Assembly: GCA_965246885.1 (NCBI GenBank) | Contig: OZ251992.1 | Coordinates: 2,976,001 to 3,040,000, forward strand | Direction: 5' to 3' | Source of the DNA: Abditibacterium sp. | GTDB lineage: Bacteria; Armatimonadota; Abditibacteriia; Abditibacteriales; Abditibacteriaceae | DNA: 64,000 nt | Part shown: one piece after another, positions 9,741 to 18,798 of the stretch | How the letters are laid out: each line of letters opens with the position of its first letter | Numbering within the stretch: position 1 is the stretch's first letter | Notes under the pieces: model-generated | What the model was told of the DNA's origin: nothing | The model's database searches: none | What the model saw: only the letters and a program-made list of their open reading frames with translations | Made by a program: the position numbers and the translations under genes

Positions 9741-10676
9741 TTAGAGAGTGGGCGCCAGCACGTCGCCCTTTTCCCCTTCTCCCACACGTAATGGGGAGGG
9801 CACTCCGTTCCCGCCGTCGTCTTTTCCATCGGGTCCGATGGAATAAATGACGCCGTTTTTCTCTTTGAGCGGCCCGACGCCGAAGGGGTCGTCGGGAAGC
9901 GGCGCGGTGGGGGCGCGGCCTTCCAATCGGTCGGCGCGGCGCACCAAAGCGGCGGCAACGAGGAGGCGCTCCGTTTTGAGGCGCGTCCACAGAAAGCGCG
10001 CTCTTGGCATCGGCGAGCCGAACAACTGGGTGAACGGGTCAACGGCTACGACGGTCGGCGCGGCGCCGTAGGGCCGCGCGGCGTCCGCTTGTGCGAGGGC
10101 GAAGACTTTTTCGATATTGGCGCGAATTTGCGCGACGGGCACTTTTCGCATGGCGTCTTGGTCGCGCGGCGCGTCCCCGAAGAGGGCCAAAAGAGTTTGC
10201 TGCCACGCTTTCGGTGTTGCAGCCATCTCATCGAAATCCTTCAACTTTTCCCTTTTGCGGTTGGCCAGAATCGCGGCATACGTCGGGTTCTTGGTTTCAA
10301 TGTCCGCGAGCCGCGCGGCATCCTTGCGGCACGCGGGGCCGTCCAAATGCGAGGCAATCGGCGCCAAATCGCCCACAGCGAGCGGTTGCGTCGCGCCATA
10401 CACGAGCAATCCCATTTCGGACGCGTCGCTTTGCCCGACCCCCAATATCTGCAACCGTAGCTCCATCGCCCCGGCATAATCGCCTGCTGCCGCGCGTGCG
10501 TCCGACTGATGGCGAAGCTCGCGGGCGTCGCGCCGCTTCGCCGTCCCGTTGTGCGTCACGGCATCCACGATGGCCTTAGCGGTTTGGGTCTTGTTGTCCG
10601 GCGCTGGCCCCTCGGCATGGGCTACCGCGCAAAAGGCGGCGGCGAGAAGGGGCAAGAATTTCGATGTGAGTATCAT
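9741..10676 (-). CDS. Secreted hypothetical protein with GspG-like C-terminal motif
   Basis: Signal peptide (..AVAHA); C-terminal PDDPF..IYSIGPDGKDDGG. Confidence 0.7.
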   Translation of the reverse strand: MILTSKFLPLLAAAFCAVAHAEGPAPDNKTQTAKAIVDAVTHNGTAKRRDARELRHQSDARAAAGDYAGAMELRLQILGVGQSDASEMGLLVYGATQPLAVGDLAPIASHLDGPACRKDAARLADIETKNPTYAAILANRKREKLKDFDEMAATPKAWQQTLLALFGDAPRDQDAMRKVPVAQIRANIEKVFALAQADAARPYGAAPTVVAVDPFTQLFGSPMPRARFLWTRLKTERLLVAAALVRRADRLEGRAPTAPLPDDPFGVGPLKEKNGVIYSIGPDGKDDGGNGVPSPLRVGEGEKGDVLAPTL

Positions 10677-10736
10677 GCTTTCCACTCTACGGAAGCGGGA
10701 TTAAGTTTGTATTAAGAGGCGAGAAACCGCCCTATG

Positions 10737-13700
10737 CTACACCCGCTCCACCCGGAGCCGCACCGTCTCGTCTCCCATTTTCGCGTCGGCGAGTTCCGGG
10801 TAATCGGCGCCGACGAAGCGCAGTTCGTCGGCGAGGGTTTCAGCTTGAATGACGTCGCCGAACCCTTCCAGCACGTCCGCGAAGCGGGACTTCGCGTCGT
10901 CTACCGTGAGAATGGCGATGCGGTCGGAGAGTTGGAAGTCGGCTTTTTGGCGGGCGGCTTGGACGGCGCGGATGAAGTCGCGGGCCATGCCTTCCAATTC
11001 TAATTCGGGCGTGAGGCTCGTATCGAGGGCGACGCTCCAACTGTTCTCGGACGCGAAGGAGTAGCCGCTCGCTTGGCGCGCGTCGGCCAAAACTTCGGCG
11101 GGTTCGAGCGTGATGAACGCGCCTTCGAGTTCGATTGCGACCGACTCGCCACGCTTCACCGCCGCGCCGATGCGTTTGGCTTCAGGCGCATCCGCGTTTT
11201 CGAGATAGGCGCGCAGGGCGCCGACTTGCTTGCCGTATTTGCGGCCCACGACGGGCAAATTGGCGCGCAAGCTGTAGGTTACAAGGTCGCCCGCATCCGC
11301 GAGCAGTTCGATGGCATAGACGTTGAGTTCGTCTTTGATGGTATCGGCAAAAGCCTCGACCGCGCGGCGGGCCGCGTCGTCGGGGGCTTGGATGAGGACG
11401 CGCGAGAGCGGTTGGCGCACGCGGATTTTGGCGTCCTTGCGCGCCGATAAGCCGAGCGAGACGGCTTGCAAGACGCCCTCGACTTGCGCGACTAACTCAT
11501 CGTTGCGGAAGCGTTCTTCGACGACGGGCCACGCGCACAGATGCACGCTTTCCGGCGCGTCGGGCACGACGGACGCGAGGTTGCGGTAGATGTGTTCCGC
11601 CGAAAAGGGCAAGACGGGCGCGACCAATTTGCACAGCGTCAGCAGGACATGGTGGAGGGTCGCATACGCCTGCGCTTTGTCAGTGTCGGACTCGGACTTC
11701 CAAAAGCGCCGCTTGCCGCGCCGGATATACCAGTTGGACAGGTCGTCCACGAACGCTTCCACTTCGCGCACCAAACCTTGCGGCTCCAAGTCGTCCAGAG
11801 CCGTCGTCACGCCCGCGACGGCGCGCTGCAAGCGGGCGAGAATCCACTTGTCGAGCACGTTCTCTGGGGCGAGTTCAACGCTGAGGTCGGGATTATCCAG
11901 GTTGGCGTAGCTCACGAAAAACGCGACCGTGTTCCACAGCGTCACGAGGCGGCGCGACGATTCATAAACCGGGTCGCCGATTGGCTTGTTCTCGTCGGCT
12001 TTCGGCTCGTTTTCCCTGTCCCAGCCGAGGGCGCCGTCGGGCGGCGTGATGCCCCCCGCGTTTTTCCACGCGCGCGGGTCGAGGCCGAAGCGGATGTCTT
12101 TGGTGGTCGGGTTATTGGCGAACGTCCAGCGCATCGGGTCGGCGCCCGCGACCGCGACCGCGTAGCCGAACGGGACGCCGTTGCCCTTGGTCTTGGAAAT
12201 ACGCTCGCCGTATTGGTCGAGCATCGTTTCATACAGCATCACCCGCTCGTAAGGCGCGCGGTCTTCCAAGGCGACGCTCATGAACAGCATCGAGAAGAAC
12301 CAGAGCCGGATTTGCTCGCGCATTTCCGAGATGAAGTCGGCGGGCTTCCAATCGGCGGCAGGGAGGGCGATGTCGGGCATCCGCACGTCGCGCGCGCCGT
12401 TATAGCCGAGCGTCGAAAAGGGCACGATGCCCGCGTCAAGCCAAGCGTCGCCCACTTCGGGCACGCGCCGCATCCGGCGGGTGCGGTCGCTGTTCCAGAT
12501 TTCGATTTCGTCTATCCAAGGGCGGTGCAATTCGGGTAGGGCGTCCACGAGGGCGGGGTCTACTGCGCGCTCGCGGAGTTGCGCGCGGCTGGAAACCACG
12601 TCCCACTCGCCCGTTTCGTCGTCGCGCCAGATGGGGAGCGGCAAGCCCCAGAAGCGTTTGCGCGAGATCGTCCAATCGCCCATGTTGTCGAGCCAGTCGT
12701 CCATCCGCTTGCCGCCATATTCGGGGTTCCACTCGACCTGAGCCGACGCCGCTTTGAGCCGCGCGCGCGCCGGACGCGGCCCCGCGTCGGGCTTGATGAA
12801 CCATTCGGGCGTGGCAAAGAAGATGAGTTCCGAGTTGCAGCGCCAGCAGTGCGGGTAGGAGTGCTTGTAACGCTGCGTGCGATAGAGGCGATTGTTCTTT
12901 TGCAACTCGGCGAAGATGGTTTGAACTGTCGGGTCTGCGAGCGCGTGCAACCCTGCCAAGGCGTCGCCGCACTCGCTTCTGAAGTGGGCGGAGGAGGTAA
13001 CGGGAATCAATCGGTGTAGTCCCTCTCTCATGCCAAGCTCAAAGTCCCCCGCTCCACAGCCCGGAGCAATATGAACGATGCCAGTGCCCTCAGCTTCCCC
13101 AACCTCTTCCCATGCAACCACACGCGAAGCTCCACGCTGCCCTTGAAGTGGAACTTCTGGGAGCGGACTCTCATATATTTGGCCGACCAAATCTCGCCCA
13201 GATACTTCGCCTACGACGTTTCGGTCTTCCGGCTTGAGGGCAGTGCTAACCGTCTCCTTGGATAGGATTAGAATCTCCCCTTCTTGCGTTTGAGCGAACA
13301 CATAAGTCAGGTCTGGATTAACAGCAAGTCCGCTATTTGCCGTCAACGTCCAAGGCGTCGTTGTCCAAACCAAGAAGAAGGGCTGTATGCCGTCGTTCCT
13401 CAGCAGCCTATCTACTGGAAATGTAGCCACAGAGCGACCTACGTTCCGCATATTGACTCTCGCAGGCAGCTTCACGAAGACGCTCGTATGCGTGATGTCC
13501 TTATAAGCATCGCTCAGTTCGTGCTGGCTTAGGCTGGTCTCGCAGCGCGGGCACCAAGGCATGACGCGGTAATCGGGGGCGAGCCAGCCTTCTTCGTGGC
13601 ACTTGCCGAGGAAGTTCCAGATGTTCTCGATGTTGGAATCATCGAAGGTATAGTAGGAGCGCTCCCAGTCGTTCCACATTCCCAGCCGCTTCGACTGCTC

Positions 13701-14096
13701 GGTGATAACGCCCGCGAAGCGTTCGACGCGCTCACGGCACGCGCGCGAAAAGTTCTCCATGCCAAAGGCGAGGATGTCGGGCTTACCCTTGAAACCGAGC
13801 GCCTTTTCGACTTCGACTTCGACCCAGAGGCCTTGGCAATCGAAGCCGTTCTGCCAGCGTAGGCGCCGCCCCTGCATGGCGTGGTAGCGGTTATAAAGGT
13901 CTTTGTAGGTGCGTCCCCACGCATGATGGACGCCCATCGGGTTGTTGGCGGTGATGGGGCCATCTTGAAAATCAAAGCGCGGGCCGTGCGCGTTTTGGGC
14001 GCGCAGCTTCTCGAAGATGTGGGAGTGTTCCCAGAACTGGAGGACATTCTCTTCCAAGCGCGGATAGTCGGGCGCGCCTTCGACGGGTTGAAACAT
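10737..14096 (-). CDS. ileS: Isoleucine--tRNA ligase, type 2 (IleRS2)
   Basis: DGPITAN, GFDCQGL, WTTTPWTL, DWTISRKRFWG, WYIRR and a type-2 C-terminal domain (EGMARDFIRAVQ..RQ). Confidence 0.96.
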   Translation of the reverse strand: MFQPVEGAPDYPRLEENVLQFWEHSHIFEKLRAQNAHGPRFDFQDGPITANNPMGVHHAWGRTYKDLYNRYHAMQGRRLRWQNGFDCQGLWVEVEVEKALGFKGKPDILAFGMENFSRACRERVERFAGVITEQSKRLGMWNDWERSYYTFDDSNIENIWNFLGKCHEEGWLAPDYRVMPWCPRCETSLSQHELSDAYKDITHTSVFVKLPARVNMRNVGRSVATFPVDRLLRNDGIQPFFLVWTTTPWTLTANSGLAVNPDLTYVFAQTQEGEILILSKETVSTALKPEDRNVVGEVSGRDLVGQIYESPLPEVPLQGQRGASRVVAWEEVGEAEGTGIVHIAPGCGAGDFELGMREGLHRLIPVTSSAHFRSECGDALAGLHALADPTVQTIFAELQKNNRLYRTQRYKHSYPHCWRCNSELIFFATPEWFIKPDAGPRPARARLKAASAQVEWNPEYGGKRMDDWLDNMGDWTISRKRFWGLPLPIWRDDETGEWDVVSSRAQLRERAVDPALVDALPELHRPWIDEIEIWNSDRTRRMRRVPEVGDAWLDAGIVPFSTLGYNGARDVRMPDIALPAADWKPADFISEMREQIRLWFFSMLFMSVALEDRAPYERVMLYETMLDQYGERISKTKGNGVPFGYAVAVAGADPMRWTFANNPTTKDIRFGLDPRAWKNAGGITPPDGALGWDRENEPKADENKPIGDPVYESSRRLVTLWNTVAFFVSYANLDNPDLSVELAPENVLDKWILARLQRAVAGVTTALDDLEPQGLVREVEAFVDDLSNWYIRRGKRRFWKSESDTDKAQAYATLHHVLLTLCKLVAPVLPFSAEHIYRNLASVVPDAPESVHLCAWPVVEERFRNDELVAQVEGVLQAVSLGLSARKDAKIRVRQPLSRVLIQAPDDAARRAVEAFADTIKDELNVYAIELLADAGDLVTYSLRANLPVVGRKYGKQVGALRAYLENADAPEAKRIGAAVKRGESVAIELEGAFITLEPAEVLADARQASGYSFASENSWSVALDTSLTPELELEGMARDFIRAVQAARQKADFQLSDRIAILTVDDAKSRFADVLEGFGDVIQAETLADELRFVGADYPELADAKMGDETVRLRVERV

Positions 14097-14186
14097 AAGA
14101 TTTAGTGTGGCGCCTTGTGCTCCGGGGCGAATTGGGGGCACACTCACGCGCTTTTTTGCCCAAGGGCCAAAGCAAGGAGAACAACA

Positions 14187-15602
14187 ATGGCAACTCAAAC
14201 CGAACTTTCCACTCGTCTGCGCGCTGCTCTTAAAGGCCCGGTATCGGGCGGAGGAGACCTCGGTTTGACGAGTACTCTCCGTGCCGTGCGCGCCGAAGAC
14301 ATCGCCGAAGCCGCCCGCGAACTGTCCAACCCCGAAATCCTCGCGGTCTTCAACTGGCTCGACAACCCGCGCGCCGCCGAACTGCTCGGCCTGCTCGAAG
14401 ACGAGGCGACGGGCTACATCCTCGAAAACGCGCCCGCCGCGCGCGTCACGGACATGCTCGACCGCTTGCCGATGGACGACGCGGCGGACGTGCTGGACGA
14501 AGCCTCGCCCGCAAAAGCCGAAGAGTTACTCCAATCGCTCGCCCGCACCGCGCCCGACGACGCCGAGGAAATCCGCGACCTGCTCTCCTACCCCGAACGC
14601 TCGGCGGGCCGCCTGATGACCGATGCTTTCGTGCGTTTGCGCGCCGATATGAGCGTCAACGACGCTTTTGCCGTCGTGCGCGACTCGGATGAGGAAGTCG
14701 AGACCATCTCCGACTTGTTCATCACCGACGTTGTTTCGCCCGACCGCGAAGTCCTCATCGGCGTCATTTCGCTGCGGGAACTGGTGCGCGCAGGCGCGCG
14801 GCGCAAAGACCCCAACGTGAAAGTGCGCGACTTCATGGTGACGGACGTAATTTCGGTCTCGACCGACACCGACCAAGAAGAATGCGCCCGCATCATCGCC
14901 AAATACGACTTCATGGCGCTCCCCGTCTTGGAGCGCAACGGCGATTTCGTGGGCATCATCACCGTTGACGACATCATAGACGTGTTGGTCGAAGAGAATA
15001 CCGAGGACTTGTTGGCGATGGGCGCCGTCACGCCGACCGAAAAGCCCTACCTTTCCAACTCCATCTTCGACTTGTTCAAGCAACGCTTCGGTTGGCTGCT
15101 GCTTCTGTTCGTCGCCGAAAGTTTTACCGGCTCCGTCTTGCGGCATTACGAGGACGAACTGGCCAAAGTCGTCGCGCTGTCGTTCTTCGTCCCGCTTCTG
15201 ATTGGGAGCGGCGGCAACGCGGGCGCGCAGGCGGTCACGACCATCACGCGCGCCCTCGCACTGGGCGAAGTGACGTTCCGCGATATGCTGCGCGTGGTGT
15301 GGCGCGAAGCGCGCGCGGGCGTTCTGCTCGGTTTGGCGCTCGGCGTGGTCGGGTTTTTCCGCGTTTTGCTGTGGGGCAACGGCCCGAACTTGGCGATGGT
15401 CATCGGGCTGTCGCAGTTGGTCGTCATTCTATGGGCCGTCACGGTTGGCGCGAGTTTGCCCATCATCTTCAAAAAGCTGGGCCTCGACCCCGCCGTGATG
15501 AGCGCGCCGTTCATCACCACCCTTGTGGACGCGACCGGCCTCGTCTTCTACTTTTCCATCGCCAAGATGCTACTGCCGGAGTTGCACCAAGGCGGCTCCT
15601 AA
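14187..15602 (+). CDS. mgtE: Magnesium transporter MgtE
   Basis: N domain, CBS pair, GSGGNAGAQ and DPAVMSAPFITTLVD; SD AAGGAG. Confidence 0.96.
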   Translation: MATQTELSTRLRAALKGPVSGGGDLGLTSTLRAVRAEDIAEAARELSNPEILAVFNWLDNPRAAELLGLLEDEATGYILENAPAARVTDMLDRLPMDDAADVLDEASPAKAEELLQSLARTAPDDAEEIRDLLSYPERSAGRLMTDAFVRLRADMSVNDAFAVVRDSDEEVETISDLFITDVVSPDREVLIGVISLRELVRAGARRKDPNVKVRDFMVTDVISVSTDTDQEECARIIAKYDFMALPVLERNGDFVGIITVDDIIDVLVEENTEDLLAMGAVTPTEKPYLSNSIFDLFKQRFGWLLLLFVAESFTGSVLRHYEDELAKVVALSFFVPLLIGSGGNAGAQAVTTITRALALGEVTFRDMLRVVWREARAGVLLGLALGVVGFFRVLLWGNGPNLAMVIGLSQLVVILWAVTVGASLPIIFKKLGLDPAVMSAPFITTLVDATGLVFYFSIAKMLLPELHQGGS

Positions 15603-16672
15603 TCCACGTCCACAATCGCCTTGACGCACGTGGCGCGGTTGGCGAGGACGTACTCGAACGCTTCGGGCACTTGCGCAAGCGCGAAGCGCTTGGAGATAAG
15701 CGGCTTCAAGTCCACCTTTCCACTGGCGAGCAGTTCCACGCCCGTCGGGAAGGTGTTGTTGTAACGGAAGATGGGGCGTAGCGTTATCTCGCGCACGATG
15801 AGGTCGTTGACGTTGACTTGGGCGGTATCTTCGGGCGGCATGCCAATCAAGACAACAACCCCACCCGCGCGCGTCGCGGCGATGGCCGCGCTCAGGGCGG
15901 ACGGATGCCCCGCGCACTCGATGGCAACGTCGGCGCCAAGGCCATTGGTAAGCTCCTGCGCGGCGGCCTTGAGTTCTCCTGCGCCGCCATTAACGGTGCG
16001 CGTTGCGCCAATCTCGCGGGCAACGGCCAACCGCTCCGGCACGCGGTCAGAGATAATTATCTGCGTCGCGCCCGCCGCGCGCGCGGCGAGCAAGTTCATG
16101 AGTCCTATCGGCCCCGCGCCCGTGATGACAACGGTGTCTCCCATGCGAACGGGCGCGACGCGCGACGCATAAATGCCCGTCGAAAGCGGCTCAATCAGCG
16201 CGCCTTCTTCGAGGCTCACGTTGTCGGGCAGCTTAAAGCAGAAGTCCGCTTTGTGGTTGACGAAGGAGCAGAAAGAGCCGTCGTCGGGCGGCGTAGCGAA
16301 GAAGAAAATGTCGGGGCACAGGTTGTATTGCCCGCGCTTCATGTAGTAGTTCGAGGCGAAAGTGGACAAGCGCGGCACGCCGGGTTCAATGGCGACGCGG
16401 TCGCCTTCTTTCAGATGAGAAACGCCCGCGCCAACGGCGACGACGGTTCCCGCGCACTCGTGACCCAGAATCATCGGTTTCTCGACAACGAAGTTCCCGA
16501 TGCGGCCATGCTCAAAGTAGTGGACATCGGAGCCGCAAATGCCGACTTTGCCGATGTGCACTTGAACCTCGCCGCGCGCGGGCGAACCGGGAACAGGAAC
16601 ATCTTCGACGCGCAAGTCGTGCGGGCCGTGCAAAACTGCGGCGGGCATGGTGGCAGTGGAGGTGGAAGTCAT
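15599..16672 (-). CDS. Zn-dependent sorbitol/xylitol (L-iditol) dehydrogenase
   Basis: GICGSDVH, GHE, GAGPIG and FRY motifs. Confidence 0.9.
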   Translation of the reverse strand: MTSTSTATMPAAVLHGPHDLRVEDVPVPGSPARGEVQVHIGKVGICGSDVHYFEHGRIGNFVVEKPMILGHECAGTVVAVGAGVSHLKEGDRVAIEPGVPRLSTFASNYYMKRGQYNLCPDIFFFATPPDDGSFCSFVNHKADFCFKLPDNVSLEEGALIEPLSTGIYASRVAPVRMGDTVVITGAGPIGLMNLLAARAAGATQIIISDRVPERLAVAREIGATRTVNGGAGELKAAAQELTNGLGADVAIECAGHPSALSAAIAATRAGGVVVLIGMPPEDTAQVNVNDLIVREITLRPIFRYNNTFPTGVELLASGKVDLKPLISKRFALAQVPEAFEYVLANRATCVKAIVDVD

Positions 16673-16685
16673 GGGTTTCAAGTAA

Positions 16686-16788
16686 AGCGACTGAAGTCGC
16701 AGCCAGCGAGAACGTCAACCTTTGTTGACGTGTGCAGCAATCCCGTCGGCGGAGGCAGACGATTTTGCTGGCTGCGAATTCATCCGCT
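16686..16788. repeat. REP/REPIN-like element, copy 2 (inverted)
   Basis: Starts AGCGACTGAAGTCGCAGCCAGCGAGA; aligns along its length with the reverse complement of 2069-2164; right end degenerate. Confidence 0.85.
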
Positions 16789-16858
16789 TCCAAAGCGGCC
16801 ACTCAGTTTGCGCGCATTGCGCCCTCTCCTTTCATCCCTTCAAACTCACTCCTAAGCA

Positions 16859-17275
16859 ATGATTCCCTTGATCCCCGAAAAAGACGTGTCGCTCGCGCAG
16901 TTGCAAACCGTGTTCGAGGCCGCGTTCGTTGAGAACGACGTGGACGACGACGGCGATTTGTATATCCGCACCGAGAACAACACCAAAATTTTCATCTCCC
17001 TCGACGAGCGCAACAAGGTCATCCGCTTCACCGCCCTTTACGGCCTGCGCGATGACGCTCTCGAAGCTGACAAGATCGCCCTCGCCAACGCGCTCAACGA
17101 CCACATCGTCTTCGTGCGCTTTTCCGCCACTTCGCGCTCCTCGCTCGTGTGCGATTATTACCTGCCCTTCAACGGCGCCGTTTCGCCGCTCCACATCGTG
17201 ACGGTCACGCGCCTCTTCAACCGCATCATCGCCTCGTCGCTGAGCGAATACGACTCGGCGGATATTCTGCTGTAG
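16859..17275 (+). CDS. YbjN-like (T3SS chaperone-fold) protein
   Basis: DDDGDL, LANALN..VFVRF pattern; 138 aa. Confidence 0.7.
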   Translation: MIPLIPEKDVSLAQLQTVFEAAFVENDVDDDGDLYIRTENNTKIFISLDERNKVIRFTALYGLRDDALEADKIALANALNDHIVFVRFSATSRSSLVCDYYLPFNGAVSPLHIVTVTRLFNRIIASSLSEYDSADILL

Positions 17276-17312
17276 CCAGTTTCGCCCACCCTCGCCCTAA
17301 ACTCCCCCCGCT

Positions 17313-18185
17313 TTGCTTCTCCCCTTTGATCCCGCCGATTACGCCGTCGCGCGCTCGGCCCTTGGCTCGCTTGGTGCGCGGCCCAACAAGACGTTGGGGC
17401 AAAACTTTCTGCTTGACCCCGCCGCGCTCGATGCCATCTGCGACGTCGCGCGATTAGAAGCCTCTGACGCGGTCTTGGAAATCGGGCCGGGGTTGGGCGC
17501 CTTGACCGTGCGGCTTTTGGCGCGCGCCGGGCGCGTAACGGCCATCGAAAAGGACGCCAAGTTCGCGGGCTTCGTCGCCAAGAAGCTGCGGCGCGAGGGG
17601 TTTAGGTTGGTCACTGGCGACGCTTTGGAGGTGAGTTGGGAATCGCTCGAATTGCCCGCAACGGGCGCCAAGGTCGTGGCCAATCTGCCGTATTCCATCT
17701 CCAAACCCGTCTTGCGCCGCTTGCTGGAGGAGTGGCGCCCGCACCTATCCAGCGCGACCGTCTTGGTGCAACGCGAGGTCGCACACCGCTTGACGGCGCC
17801 GCCCGACTCGGAGCATTACGGGCCGATGAGCATCATGGCGCACCTTTACACGCGCGCGCAAATCCACTTCGATATTGCGCCGGAAGCGTTTCTGCCGCCG
17901 CCCCAAGTGACCTCAACGGTGATTCACTTCGACATGCTTCCCTCGCCCGCGCTGGAACTGCGGAGCGAGACGCAGTTTTGGGCGACGGTGCGCGCGGCGT
18001 TTGGGCAACGCCGCAAGAACTTGGGCAACACGCTGCGCCCACTCGCCTCGCGCGAGGTGTTGGCGAGCGCGTTCGAGGTAACGGGTGTTGACCCCAAGCG
18101 GCGGGGAGAAACGCTCTCTCCGACGGAGTTCGAGGCGCTCGCACGGGCGCTGTGGGCCGAGGGCAAAGGGAGCGAGAAAGGGTGA
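17313..18185 (+). CDS. rsmA: 16S rRNA dimethyladenosine transferase
   Basis: LGQNFL, LEIGPGLGALT, ANLPYSI, QREVA and AFGQRRK motifs. Confidence 0.95.
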   Translation: MLLPFDPADYAVARSALGSLGARPNKTLGQNFLLDPAALDAICDVARLEASDAVLEIGPGLGALTVRLLARAGRVTAIEKDAKFAGFVAKKLRREGFRLVTGDALEVSWESLELPATGAKVVANLPYSISKPVLRRLLEEWRPHLSSATVLVQREVAHRLTAPPDSEHYGPMSIMAHLYTRAQIHFDIAPEAFLPPPQVTSTVIHFDMLPSPALELRSETQFWATVRAAFGQRRKNLGNTLRPLASREVLASAFEVTGVDPKRRGETLSPTEFEALARALWAEGKGSEKG

Positions 18186-18748
18186 AGCTACGCTCGGTTG
18201 ACCTGCCGCTTGGCATGGAACTCGAAACGCCGCGCCTGCGTCTTTGCGCTCCGCGCGAAGACGAGACAGTCGGCGCCGAAATGAACGCCGCCATTTGCGC
18301 CTCGTGGCCGGAGCTTTCCCTCTGGATGCCTTGGGCGCGGCAACTTCCCACCATTGAGGAGTCCGCTCGCACCGCCGCCCATTTCGCTTGGAAGTGGGAG
18401 AACCGCACTGAACTGGACTTCATCCTACGCGGGCGCGTCGGCGGCAGATTAGTGGGCAGGTGCGGCCTGCACACCATCGAGCCGCATGTCGGGCGCGCGG
18501 AGCTTGGCTACTGGCTCGACTCGCGGGTGTGCGGGCGCGGACTGATGACCGAAGCCGCCGCGCGCGTTGTCGAATGGGCCGGGGAGCTTGGTTTTGGGCG
18601 CCTCGAAATCCGCTGCGATGCGCGCAACGCGCGCAGTCAAAGTGTAGCCAAGCGCTTGGGATTCGAGCGCGAAGCCCGCTTGCGCCGTTACCAGTTCGAC
18701 AACGCGGGCAAGTTGTGCGACCTGGAAATCTGGGCGCATCTCTTCTAA
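18182..18748 (+). CDS. RimJ/RimL GNAT acetyltransferase
   Basis: ELGYWL..GRGLMTEA and NARSQSVAKRLGF; GTG overlaps the rsmA stop. Confidence 0.9.
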   Translation: MKLRSVDLPLGMELETPRLRLCAPREDETVGAEMNAAICASWPELSLWMPWARQLPTIEESARTAAHFAWKWENRTELDFILRGRVGGRLVGRCGLHTIEPHVGRAELGYWLDSRVCGRGLMTEAAARVVEWAGELGFGRLEIRCDARNARSQSVAKRLGFEREARLRRYQFDNAGKLCDLEIWAHLF

Positions 18749-18798
18749 GTGTCGCTTTCAAACCGCCTTCCTTTACCTTGGCCACGCCTTTGGGCGTC

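Noticed and set aside
13380..13470. Intein or intron in ileS
   Set aside because: The extra peptide is short, in frame, and lacks intein terminal residues (C/S...HN) or intron features.
14097..14186. T-box upstream of ileS or M-box riboswitch upstream of mgtE
   Set aside because: The shared intergenic region is only 90 bp and lacks the motifs.
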